Of a stretch of DNA of 64,000 nucleotides, positions 48,239 to 60,387 are shown one piece after another (position 1 is the first letter of the stretch; the number at the start of each line of letters is the position of its first letter). Source of the stretch: Fistulifera solaris (taxonomy: Eukaryota); NCBI GenBank assembly GCA_030295235.1, contig AP026164.1, positions 992,001 to 1,056,000 on the forward strand, written 5' to 3'. Below the pieces are notes generated by a model. It did no database searches and had not been told where the DNA came from. It saw only the letters and a program-made list of their open reading frames with translations. The position numbers and the translations under genes are program-made.

Positions 48239-49881
48239 TTACAAAGCAATGAATACGATTCCAATCCCGAGAGCAGCAATGAATGAATTTAACACCTGCT
48301 GCAAGGCAAAGGAACCCCCTCTTCGTTTACTGGAACTGAACTAGGCTCGTCCGAAGCAGGCTGAGGGGCTGTTGGTTCTCCTGTAGTACCTTCAATTGGC
48401 TCCGTAGTGGGGACAGTAGCGCTAGGAGAAGTAAGATCAGATGTTGGAGCCGGAGTAACAGCAATTGTAGGAGTGGGTCCACTCGTTTCAGGATCCGAAG
48501 AAGAGAACGAAGGAAAGTCCGAGGTCATGGTCACCGCAGGCGAGGGAAAGTCCGAGACGCCAGTGCTATCGGAACTGGGCGCCATCGTTGCGGGCTGTGT
48601 ACTTGGATCGCGTGTTGCGCCTTGCTGTTGAGGAACGACAGTAATCGGAGTGTCCACCATAAAATTCGAGGTCCAAAAGTCTGTAGCGGCATGCGATAGT
48701 CCTGGCTCAGCAGTAGATCCCTCGGGAATTCCAGGATTAATCACCCGACCCTCAAATATTGGTAATTCGTTATGCAGAATCCAGAATTGGAACGGTCTGT
48801 CTAGTTGCATTAATGCAGGCGCCGTGGGTTCAGGAAGTGATTCGACAACACCAATGGCAGTTACAGCAGCAGCTTCGACGCCTTCCTCATTCACGTCAAT
48901 GACAGTCTTTTGAATGATGAAATCAATGAAGGCGCCACATGATCCCTCACGCACACATAAACCACCCACGAACGGAGCGCGCAAGTTCAGATTTTGCAGA
49001 GCCGTTTCGAGGCTGGACTCGTATGTTGATTCGAACTTGAACTTGGGAAGGGCCAATGCAACTCGTGTAATACTGAGCTGGGGCATCGCCGTCACCAATT
49101 CAGCCGCTGAGAGTGATGGAAGTTCGCCTTCGACGAGAGAAGCAGCAAAGACCATGGACAACCCTTGAGTCGTCTCACTGCCACCGAAGAACTCCATTTT
49201 CACTATTTGATAGTTCGTAACAGCAGTATCGGAATACGGGAGGAACTCTACCTTGTGCATAAAATGAGCATCTGTTCCAGCAAAGCTATCCAGTGTTGTT
49301 TGAAAAGCCACAAAAGGAAGTCTCCATGCTGCTTTCAAGTAAATGGAGTTCACAGCAAGAATAATCCATCCCGGATTGACCTCCTGAACAACAGAATCAA
49401 TGAGTCCATTGGTACTATTCGAAACCCATGCGTTGATTGTGTCGGCCGCTGTAGGGTCGCTGAAATCAATGGGTTGTACAAAATCTTGTACCACTGCTTG
49501 GTACGTGGAATTCAACGCGACGTTGTTGTTGGCGTATATACGATTGGCGATGCTGACCACTGGATCTTGAAACTCACAGCTTTCACCATCGTAACAGGCT
49601 CCCTGATACAGCGTCGACACTTCATTCCCAGCCCAATGTAACTTGGGTTCGCTAAAGCCAAACACCGACTCCATCTCCGTCTTGGATTCTCCGATAGCGC
49701 TGGTGTACAATAAATCAAACGCCATCGAAATTCCCAACGAAGAGGTACAATCATTCGTCTCTTCCGAGTACATTTCCGCCGAAAGATTATCACTGAAGGT
49801 GATCAGTTGCTCTGCCACCGACCCACGAGCATAGTGGTTGGTGAAAATACTCAAGATAAGGATAGAGCGGTCGAACTTCAT
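48239..49881 (-). CDS. Secreted serpin with Ser/Thr/Pro-rich stalk and probable hydrophobic C-terminus
   Basis: INAWVSNSTNGLI, LAVNSIYLKAAW, LPKFKFES, IQKTVIDVNEEGVEAAAVT, LDRPFQFWI, IFEGRVINP; as assembled the stop is at 48289, but a 1-nt correction extends the frame to 48239. Confidence 0.9.
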
Positions 49882-50330
49882 GGTTGCAGATAATTGCAGA
49901 CTTTTAAACACCAATTGCGATATTTGTTCGTTGTATGGCTTCGTATATTCGTGTCGTTTCACAATGAAATAATCTTAACTTGAAATTATGAGAAGCGACT
50001 CGGAACTATTTACGATGCACGATAGAGAGAGAGGAGGGGACTTTTTGCCAGGACCCCGTTCGGATATTGTTGGTTAACGTCCAAAATACCAGCGTGTCAA
50101 CGGAACAAAGGGTGTTTCATACTATAGGTGTCGCTGGCCTTTTTTTTCGAAACGTGCGTTCGGAATGTCACGAACTTACAAAACGACTGATTTCGAAATA
50201 ATACTCCGTTCCGAATCATGTTTGAACTTTTGAACCCCAACATTATCCTTGAACAGAACTTCTTTCTCCGACCAATAGCCAAATACGGAGTAGAACAAGA
50301 TTTTAGTCTATCTCTATTTAACAACAACTA

Positions 50331-51546
50331 TTACTTATTGATAGAGAAAATTCCCATTGGACTTTTCGGTGGCGTGGATGCCACTACTGCAGGAGAGGGT
50401 TGTTGGCTTTGCAACAGCAAATGCTGTAACGTCGGCTCGATGGTTTGACTGCGTACGCTTTGGCATCCATAGTACGCCATAAGTAGAACACGAGCGAGGT
50501 TCCCATTGTAGAATTCTTGTTCCGGCTGCGTGACGGTAAGCCATTCATGAAGCTGCGCCCGCAATTCGGTGTCAGAGTTGCCGTAGAGCATACGCTCGCG
50601 ACATGTCTCGTGTAATAATTTGGAGGGAATGCTTTCTAGATCGATTCCGGCCTGCATCAAAAAGTCATCTGTATCGGAAACTTTGCGCAAATGATTCACA
50701 AATGCACCGCGTACCAGGAAGTGTGGAGTCAGCTGATTGAGGATGCCACCGGCCGGTTTTCCAGATATAGCTTGATTCAAACCCTTCACGATGCAGGCCG
50801 GTACTCCCACCAGTTTCTGCTCTGCACGCGTGAAAGGCTCACTTTTATACACAAGAGATCGGAATGGCTGCAGGATATCTTTTTTGTTGCAGAGGGTTCA
50901 TCAGCAAAGACTTGGTCTGATTGTAAACCGCCACCAAAGTGGTCTGCTTGTTCTTTTCGCTGAGCCTCCAAAGATATTCAAGCTACTTAAAAAGCCACCC
51001 GCTGCTTGCGTTTTCGCCTGTCGTTCCAAATTCGCCAATGTACTTAGTAGCGAAACAGTTCGCTCGCGGGCAAAGCGCTGTGCGGTCGTTTCGTACGTCG
51101 TGTCGGCATTCGCTGCATCGTTTTTGAACGTCGATGGCAGCAGATCAGGATTGAACCACAAAGCATAAGGTAAAAAACGAGGAGCTCCCCACATTAGAAA
51201 AACCATATTTAACACTTTCCCTCTATCTTCCTTCCCTTTTTGTAAAAAAAATGTAGTCGTCGAACGAAATACCTCCTTGAATCGAACTAGCTTTCTTCTG
51301 AAGCTCCTTTCGCGTCTCTGGAGCGCCTTGACTTTCCCATCGTGCTATACAACTATCGCGAAATGATTTTTGCTGCTTACGAATGTCGTTGCATTTTTGA
51401 TGATTCGTCCACAGCTGCTTACAGCTACTCGCCGTCTTGACGACCGAGTCCTTGGCATACGTTGCTACTTGCACAAGCACATTTTCGCCCAATACTACAG
51501 CCGGCAACAGCACGACACACTGTAATAGCAAGAAGGGAGTTCTCAT
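50331..51546 (-). CDS. LETM1-like domain protein with signal peptide; frameshifted in the assembly
   Basis: Three consecutive ORFs (51223-51546, 50901-51215, 50331-50852) broken at A/T runs; PDLLPSTF and HLRKVSDTDDFLMQAG...LHETCRERML resemble LETM1 motifs. Confidence 0.65.
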
Positions 51547-52485
51547 AGTATTTTTCGATGGCTAGCGTTGTAACAACCAATGACGAAGGTATCTGGTCAC
51601 TGTGGATGTTGACTGTTGACATCGATCGGATAGTTGAAAATGAAAAAAAAGCGTGTTGGATTGTTGGATGGTTGCAGTTGCAGGCTGCAACCTTCGAGTG
51701 GCTGTCATTTTGTCCCAGCGGTACGTTGTGTCGTTCGGTATGGCGCATTACTCATGACTAAAATGCAGTCTTGGGTAAATACTTGACAAAATAATGTAGG
51801 AAGAACTTACCTGGTACACGTAAAGTATAGGAGTGAACGGAGTGTGCACCATGCGTCAAATGCAGTAATTAGTCAATGATAAGCAGTCAATTCTTTCCAG
51901 GTACTTGTATTGTCTTGACCCCATGTTGCGTTGAATATGGTGAAGATCTGGGTCTTCATGTCGTCGGCCGATGTAAGATCTCTTCAGTAAATGACTTGTG
52001 TGTTTCATAATTTTCTTGTTGCTATTCAACTCATATTTCCTTTGAAATGGATATGCCTATGATCGCCAATGATTCAAAGAAAGCAATGGGAACGAATCTT
52101 CGGGGTTTGGTACCTGGTGCAAGTATCATTATTATTTTTTGTTTGGGCGCGCAGCTCGAAAGGAGACCCGAATGTATGAACGTGTCGTACAAAGTGCCCA
52201 CGTCTACCTGGTACTGTTTCCGAACGAGGCGTTCCCCACCGCACAACCATTTCGAGTAACGACGAACAGACGCTTCAGTACACAAATGGGAGAGTGAAGA
52301 AAATGACGGCATTGGCCGTCTGGGAGCAATGGCGCCCCTGTTTCTCGTGAAAAAAATCTGGAACGAGCGATCCTCCAACGTTTTCGCTCTCCTCGACCAA
52401 AAGTCGTCTCTCGCATATGAACCTCCATATTTTTCTGGTCTTGTTGATCAACACAGCAATCAGTTTAGCACACACTAGTACAAGC

Positions 52486-53822
52486 ATGTCTACCTTTCTA
52501 TTTACTTCCGAAAGTGTCAACGAAGGACACCCTGGTACGTTTGTAGTTTCTTTTTCACCGTCGTCGAAATTACGGTGGACAACGTTCTCCTTTCGGCGAT
52601 CGCGTGCTCCGCATTGGCGTTCTTTTTGTCATTGCTTTTCTTTGAAACAGCCTTTTTCTCATACAATTGTTACTGTTCTTTCCTTCCTTCCATTCCTGCT
52701 TATGGATCTTCATTAGACAAGTTCTGTGACCAGGTCTCCGATGCCGTCTTGGATGCTTGCATTGCCGGTGACGAGATGTCTCGTGTTGCCTGTGAGACCT
52801 GCTGCAAGACCGGAATGGTCATGATCTTTGGTGAAATCACTACTTCCTCGACTGTCAACTACGAACAAGTTATCCGCGATGCCATCAAGGATATCGGATA
52901 CGATGATCCGGCCAAGGGCTTTGATTACAAGACCTGCAACGTCATTGTTGCCATTGAGGAACAGTCGCCCGACATTGCCCAGTCCGTTGATGCCGTCAAG
53001 CCCGAGGATATTGGTGCCGGTGATCAGGGTATCATGTTCGGTTACGCCACGGATGAGACCCCGGAACTCATGCCCTTGACGCACGTCTTGGCCACCCAAA
53101 TCGGCGCCAAACTCACGGAGGTGCGCAAGAACGGAACCTGCGACTGGGTCCGCCCCGACGGAAAGACCCAAGTCACCTGCGAATACAAGTTGGTCGACGG
53201 TGTCCCCGTTCCCCAGCGTGTCCACACGATTGTCATCTCCACGCAGCATTCGGAAGATGTCACCAACGATCAGATCAAGGCCGACTTGATGGAACACGTC
53301 ATCAAACCCGTCGTCCCCGAAAAGTACTTGGATGACAACACTATCTACCACTTGAACCCCTCGGGCCGATTCGTCATCGGAGGACCTCACGGAGATGCCG
53401 GTTTGACGGGCCGAAAGATCATTATTGACACCTACGGTGGTTGGGGAGCACACGGTGGTGGTGCTTTCTCTGGAAAGGACACCACTAAGGTCGATCGTTC
53501 GGCCGCGTACGCCGCTCGTTGGGTCGCCAAATCCCTCGTTCACGCCAAATTGTGCAAACGTGCCTTGGTGCAATTGAGTTACGCCATTGGTGTCCCTTAC
53601 CCCTTGTCCATCTTCGTTGACTCGTACGGAACGGTCAAGGAAGGCATGACCGATGCCGACTTGACGGAAGTCATCAAGAAGAACTTTGACTTGCGACCGG
53701 GATGTATCATTCGCGATTTGAACTTGCGTCGCCCCTTTATGCGCAAAACGGCCGCCTACGGACACTTTGGACGAGATGACCCTGATTTCACATGGGAACA
53801 GCCCAAGGACTTGAACCTTTAA
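52486..53822 (+). CDS. MAT: S-adenosylmethionine synthetase
   Basis: [22 protein letters not shown] across intron 52535-52716; [24 protein letters not shown]; strong codon bias. Confidence 0.98.
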
Positions 53823-54023
53823 GTTTGCAATCATATAGTCGAACCATTATTATAATTACTACTGCTGTTTCGGCGAACTAGTATTGCTGTTAAAAAAGTA
53901 GCGTCGTAACAAAGGCTCGTACGGAGTACGTAGTATTTCAGATAGGAAATTGCTGGGACTCATCAACAATTTGCGATGTTGTAAGTGACGCCTGTTGTGC
54001 TTAATACTATTTACAGACTTCTT

Positions 54024-54548
54024 TCAATCACTGCTGACACTATCCAGCGGAATAAACGGATCACTCGGAGCTTGTAAAACAGCTGCCAGAGCTAACGCAA
54101 TCGCCCCAAACGCCAGTGCAAACAATATGTACGCAGTAATCAATGAGTCTGTACCCAACACTTGTTTTCCCCGGGAGCTCTTTGGTTGATTGTCTTCTCC
54201 AATCGTAAAAACGACACTGTCTGATCCAGTACCGAAGCTATCACCGACCGCAATGCGTCGCCAAAACTCCACAGTCGCGACGGCAAAGGGAAAGATACCC
54301 GCCAAAAAGACCAAGGTAGTTGTTGTCTTATCCAGTGCTTCGACTGGTGGTGGCTCTACGACAGAAGATTGCGGTACTGTAGCAAGAGCTTCGACCAAAA
54401 GATATTGACATGTGGATGCTGTCGCGCACGCTGTAGTGACGGCATGGTGAACGATGGGTTGAAACGAACACACCGAGTCGGTCCCAAGCACGAAAGCTGC
54501 TGTGATCACGAATGGTGCTTTCGCACTCCTCATCATTATTGCGTACAA
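54024..54548 (-). CDS. Hypothetical plastid-type membrane protein (2 TM)
   Basis: Presequence ...SVCS|FQP; hydrophobic LVFLAGIFPFAVATVEFWRR and LITAYILFALAFGAIALALAAV. Confidence 0.65.
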   Translation of the reverse strand: MYAIMMRSAKAPFVITAAFVLGTDSVCSFQPIVHHAVTTACATASTCQYLLVEALATVPQSSVVEPPPVEALDKTTTTLVFLAGIFPFAVATVEFWRRIAVGDSFGTGSDSVVFTIGEDNQPKSSRGKQVLGTDSLITAYILFALAFGAIALALAAVLQAPSDPFIPLDSVSSD

Positions 54549-55423
54549 AGATAGTATAATCAGCGTACGGCCTCTTTGGACGTCTTAGGATGAATGAATT
54601 ATGATTATGGCGTGTGAAAAGATTCCAGCACGAATTAACAGGAATGACTCACTCGAAGCTCGAAGTGAGGAAAAAATAATGAGAAAAGCGAAAAAGTGGC
54701 GGACGTACGTCTCACGGACCACCGCAAACGAGTTCTTTCCTTCGTTTCGTTCTGGTCATAGTGAACTGCACCAAAAGTTAGTACCGCTATGTACAGTAAA
54801 TTAGATACAAGCAACGCTCACCAGTCACCGGACAAGAAACAAAATGCGTACACGTCAGTGCCGACCGATTGATTCTTGCAGCTATTATACCAAGTACGGT
54901 ACCGGTACCAGTACCTGGTAGCCGGACACATTCAACCGGAACGCACGGATGCAGCCGACCCGAGGAGTTTTTTTGTTTTGTTTTTGAACCATCATCTTGC
55001 TCCATCCATCGAGTTCAACATCCACTCTCCTCGTGCTTAAACATTGTTGAAGAACTTTCACTGCAAATAGAATTATAAAGGATGCGTCTGTCTAGAAACT
55101 GCTTATATTTATTGGCTTGTCTCTCGGTGAGTGAATGCTAATCTTGAGGTGCAAAAGAAGACGAAAACGGAGCTTTTTCGGAAGGAAAAAGTAAAGGTCA
55201 CAAGTCGCGGCTTTGCAACGTCTTGAACTTGATGCCGTGGTGTCTATCGTCGGCTTTGAATGTGCATGAAGTGTACGCTGGAGGAAACGAAGGCTTGCAA
55301 GGCAAATAGTGAACGTCGAAAGACCAACGGCCGAGTTTGCACCGTTGTTGAGGTTCAAATTCCGGGTGCCCAAATTCTGGTTTTCGTTTTCTGTGATAGG
55401 AATACAACGCGAATTGACTTACA

Positions 55424-57604
55424 ATGTCCCTCTTCCTTCTCCCTTCCTCACTTTATTGTCGCTCTTGCCACTTGTAGACAACAACAAGCGCATTTGTGCC
55501 GCAACAAGGACACTTCCGACAAAATGCCGTTTTGCGCGCCGAAGTAGAAGGACCGCCCTATGTCGGCCCTGCTGTCAAACCGATCTTGGACAGCATTGAT
55601 AGTCCGGCTGACATGAAGCGCCTCGACATGCGACAACTCAAGCAGCTCGCCCATGAGCTGCGTTGGGAAACGTTAGAAGCTGTCTCCAAGACGGGTGGTC
55701 ACTTGAGTAGTAGTTTGGGAGTCAACGAGCTCACCGTCGCCTTACACTACGTCTTTGATATGCCCGAAGATGATATCATCTGGGATGTCAGTCACCAATG
55801 CTACCCTCACAAAATATTGACAGGCCGTCGCCACAGTATGCCTACTCTGCGACAAGCAGGAGGAATCTCGGGTTTCTGTAAACGCAAAGAAAGTCCTTAC
55901 GACTCGTTTGGTGCGGGTCACAGTAGTACCAGTATCAGCGCGGCACAGGGCATGAGTGTTGCGAAAAGTATGTTGGGAAAACGACGCAACAATTGCATTG
56001 CCGTCATCGGTGATGGAGCCATTACCGGAGGTATGGCTTATGAAGCCATGAACAGCGCAGGTTACTTACGCTCTCGTATGATTGTCATTCTCAATGACAA
56101 TGGACAAGTCAGTTTGCCGACTGGAACCCCCAGTGCAGGTGGTACAGTGCCAGCATCCCAGCTTTCGACCTACACTTCCAATTTGTTGGTATCAAAACCG
56201 TTCCAGAATTTCCGTGACTTTGCCAAGAGTTTCAATAAACTCCTGCCCGAGCAATTGCAAGACGTGAACAAGCGTATCGACGAGTATGCCCGTGGTATGG
56301 TGTCCGGTGGAACCTTGTTTGAAGAGTTGGGCTTTTATTACGTCGGTCCGGTCGATGGTCACGACTTGGACAACATGATCCCTATTCTGGAAAAACTAAG
56401 AGACTCCGATAGCAACAAGCCCGTTTTGTTGCACCTGAAAACAGTCAAGGGCTACGGTTATCCCCCAGCGGAACAAGCCAGTGATCGTTTACACGCGGTT
56501 GGTAAATTCAATGTGGCAACAGCTGTTCAGCAAAAAACAAAATCGATTGCGCCTACCTTCACGTCCATTTTCGCCAACGCGCTAATCGAAGCTGCCACGG
56601 AAGATCGCACGATTGTCGGTATTACAGCCGCCATGCCCGGCGGTACCGGTATGGACATTTTTGGACGTCGTTTCCCCAAGCGCACGTTCGATGTCGGTAT
56701 TGCGGAACAACACGCTGTCACGATGGCTGCTGGTATGGCCTGTGAAGGTTTAAAACCGTTTGCCTGCATTTACAGTACCTTCATGCAACGTGGTTACGAC
56801 CAGGTCGTTCACGATGTTGCAATTCAAAACCTACCGGTTCGAATGGTGCTCGATCGTGCCGGTTTTGTGGGTAACGATGGACCCACACATCATGGCTGCT
56901 ACGATCTTGCCTACCTTGGTTGCATTCCCGGTCTGGTGATCATGTCTCCTTCGGATGAAATTGAGTTAAAGAACATGGTTAAGACTCAGGCAGTAACAGA
57001 TGATGCACCAACCGTCATGCGTTACCCCCGTGGTACTGGTTACGGTGCAGAAACGTTGCGTACCCTGTTTGGGTATGAGCTCGAGAAGAACAGCGCCGGC
57101 GAGTACGAAATCCCACGCGGTCAAGTGATTCCCATCGGAAAAGGTCGCGTAGTACGCCGTTCTAGCGGCGATCGAGGTAAATCCCGCAAGGACCGTGTTG
57201 CTATCCTTTCCTTTGGTACTCGATTGCACGAAGCTCTGGTGGCTGCTCAACAAGTAGAAGAAGAAGACGAAAGCCTCGGAGTTACCGTCGCTGATGCCCG
57301 ATTTATGAAGCCTTTGGACGTCGACTTGGTTCGCGAACTCGCGGATGAACACAGTGTCTTAATTACTGTGGAAGAGGGTAGTATCGGTGGTTTTGGTGAT
57401 CACGTCTTGCACTTTTTGACTTTGGACGGACAAATGGACGAGGGCAACCTAAAATTCAGACCGATGGTGATGCCCGACGCTTACTTTGAGGCAGCCACAC
57501 AACGCGAACAATACGAAGCCGCTGGCCTGAATGCACGACACATTCGTGGCACTATTTTACGTTTGACCAAACGCATAGTTGCACCCCAGTTGCAAGATGT
57601 TTAA
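55424..57604 (+). CDS. DXS: 1-deoxy-D-xylulose-5-phosphate synthase, plastid-targeted
   Basis: GGHLSSSLG, WDVSHQCYPHK, GHSSTSISA, GDGAITGGMAYEA, ILNDN, DVGIAEQHA, DRAG...DGPTH. Presequence motif TSA|FVP just before 55496; start at 55424 is tentative because an in-frame TAG intervenes as assembled. Confidence 0.96.
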
Positions 57605-57982
57605 GTCACCCCATGAGCAATTCCCGATAGAAAGCTCAGCTAGTTGAACGGATGGCCGATCTAATGCCATTATACGCCCATTTAAATTTCTAAACACATA
57701 TGTTGACGTATGCTAAGGCTCGTCGTTTGACTTCTCTTGTCTGCTAGCGACAAGTCGGATCTCGGATAACTGCGCCAAAATCGGATGACGTACATATGAC
57801 GTCAGCAGTTTTCGACTTGCGTCATCTCGCACAAAATCCATACAAAATCTTTCAACCGGATCGAAAGCACAAAACGCTAAATAATAATAACAACGAGGTA
57901 TTGGGTGTTTGATTCGGTCATTTCATTCGTTCTACTTTACTTTAATTATCTCTTTCTATCGTCAACTTTATCGTCAGTGATA

Positions 57983-59339
57983 ATGTTGCTATCTTCCAAG
58001 AGCGCTAAGGTGATCAATGGTGCTTATCAGCGAAAGGGGCGTCACTTGGCAACTTCGACCAATTTGGTCAAAACGGCTTTGAATGGATTGCACAAGGAGC
58101 TTGGGGGAGATATGGTACCTTTCGCCGGATACGAACTTCCTGTCCTTTACAAAGGAGAAGGAGTCATGAAGGAGCATTTGTGGTGCCGATCGGAAGGCAA
58201 GGCGAGTCTTTTGATGTTTCTCACATGGGACAGGTACGTTTCTGTAGAATTGTGCTTCGTGTCATTTTTCTCGGATGACATTCTCTCTCACCAGCAGCAT
58301 TTGCATAGATTCGTTGGCACGGAAAGGATCGTGTGGCATTCCTAGAGCGCATCGTTGTTGGTGATATTGCCGGACTGGCACCCGGTAGTGGATGCCTATC
58401 GCTCGTTACGAACGAAAAGGGTGGCATCATCGACGACACTGTCATCACAAATGCCGGAGATTATATTTACATGGTGGTGAACGGGGCCACGAAATTCGGT
58501 GATATGAAGCACTTCGAGAAGCAAATGAAGGAATTTGGCGGGGATGTTACTATGGAGTATTTAGAAGATTCTATGCAACTCCTAGCCGTTCAGGGTCCCG
58601 GCGCCGCAGCTGCTGTTTCAAACCTACTTCCTTCCACGGTAGACCTCTCCAAAATGTCGTTCATGACAGGACTCGATACAACCTTAGATGGAGTTCATGG
58701 CTGTCGTGTTACGAGGTAAGTTCCAAGGAATGTTAAGTGTCACGAAAGAATCTACTTTTCTCACGGATCACGACTGAAAGATGCGGCTACACGGGCGAAG
58801 ATGGTTTTGAAATCGCCATGCCGGCAGATTATGCTGTCTCTATAGCGCAGAAATTGTTGGAAGACGCAACAGTCAAACCCACTGGTCTAGGTGCACGTGA
58901 TTCTCTTCGTTTGGAAGCTGGTTTATGCTTGTACGGACACGATTTGGATGAAACGATCAACCCGGTAGAGGGAGGCTTGGCCTGGACAATGGGTGGACCC
59001 AAATCCCGTCGTCGACTGGAAAAGGGCTTTCTTGGTGCTGAACACATTTTGACTCCGGAAGGAAAGTTGAAGGACGTGGCGCAAAAGCGCGTCGGTATTA
59101 TAGGGATGAAGGCACCGGCCCGTGAACACACGGAAATATACAGCGGGGACACCAAAATCGGCCACGTTACATCAGGAACATTCTCACCTTGCCTCAAAAA
59201 GCCGATTGCCATGGGTTATGTGACAACAGAGTTTGCCAAAGTCGGCACGGAAATCCAATTAAAGATTCGCGACAAGATGCAAAACGCCGTCGTGACGAAA
59301 ATGCCATTCGTGGAGACAAAGTATTTCAAAGGAGCTTAA
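57983..59339 (+). CDS. GCVT: Glycine cleavage system T protein (aminomethyltransferase), mitochondrial
   Basis: MVPFAGYELP, FDVSHMGQ after a shift at about 58209-58212, GGIIDDTVI, LAVQGP, TRCGYTGEDGFEI, GLGARDSLRLEAGLCLYG; introns 58234-58308 and 58716-58780. Confidence 0.96.
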
Positions 59340-60387
59340 TCAACATTTATCGGTTTTGTCGCTTTACAATCGTCTTTATGTATCTGCGCAGAAAAAAGCT
59401 ACGTCCTGATATGGATTACTGTACTGATCTCCACTCTAGTGTTTGATGAAATTGCAAGATGAAGACGAAGCACGAGATGTTCTTATCGAGCCAAACTATT
59501 TTACCTCTAACAAGAGAACAACAAGAGTAGAAACTTGGTTTTCAGTTCCTGCATATTGGTAGAAAACAGTTCCTATGAGCAGAATACTGAGTTTCGTGCA
59601 CTCCATCGATCACCCATTTTTTAGTTCTGGGACCCAGATGCAGTTGATTTGATCTAAACCACTTCCGTTGTAAGAATCCCTCTAGAAGAATCATAAACCG
59701 ATGTATTGATTGTCGAGTTGGACCAATACATAGTAATAAATTGCACTTGACGTCTTTAGTCAAGAGATGCCTTGGCCAAGTGATCTAATCAAACCTAAAA
59801 CCCATTCTCAGACTCGGGAATGTAACCAGTCTCCAGACGCAGGCGGCATTCGGCGAGGTCTTGTGCACGTTTTGAAAAAAGTCACTCTGAGAGGAGAACC
59901 GCTGGCCAATAGAATTCATGAAATCTTCAAAAATGCCGAAGTTGATTTGAGAAGCGAGAAAGTGCATTGTGCAAAGGGTGCACTCAAGAAGCTACAGTGC
60001 AATATGAATTTGATCCAGAACTGTATAGTGAGTTGAAAAGATTGTAGTGGATAGACACTCGTTCTTATTGTACACTCCGTATTTCTCAAGGGTGTTCTTC
60101 CTATTGGGCGTTCGCCTTCTCCTCGTTGCTCGCCCCAAACTTACAAGGGAAACGAAAACACCAACAAACGAAACACTCGCGATGTTTTTGAGCTTGGTAC
60201 GAAGTCCGCCATTTCAACTTTTCTTTGTACCTAATAACAATATTGCCGCAAAGTTTATCCACATACTCGCAACAAGACGGAAACCAACCTACTGATTCTT
60301 TTGATCTTTCAAAAGATCGGCTCAACCTTGGGATTATATCACCCGTTTCCCAGCGAAACATCCCGTTTAACGTCGCCGTGAAAAACA

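Noticed and set aside
51805..51814. ACTTACCTGG resembling the U1 snRNA 5' end
   Set aside because: Downstream sequence shows no recognisable U1 stem-loops or Sm site; it overlaps the common GTACC-type motif.
52713..53834. 373-aa antisense ORF over SAM synthetase
   Set aside because: Expected by-product of strong codon bias in a highly expressed gene.
19346..57604. PSY and DXS as a carotenoid gene cluster
   Set aside because: About 35 kb apart with many unrelated genes in between.
59450..60380. Short ORFs between GCVT and AMT1
   Set aside because: No family similarity recognised; treated as intergenic.
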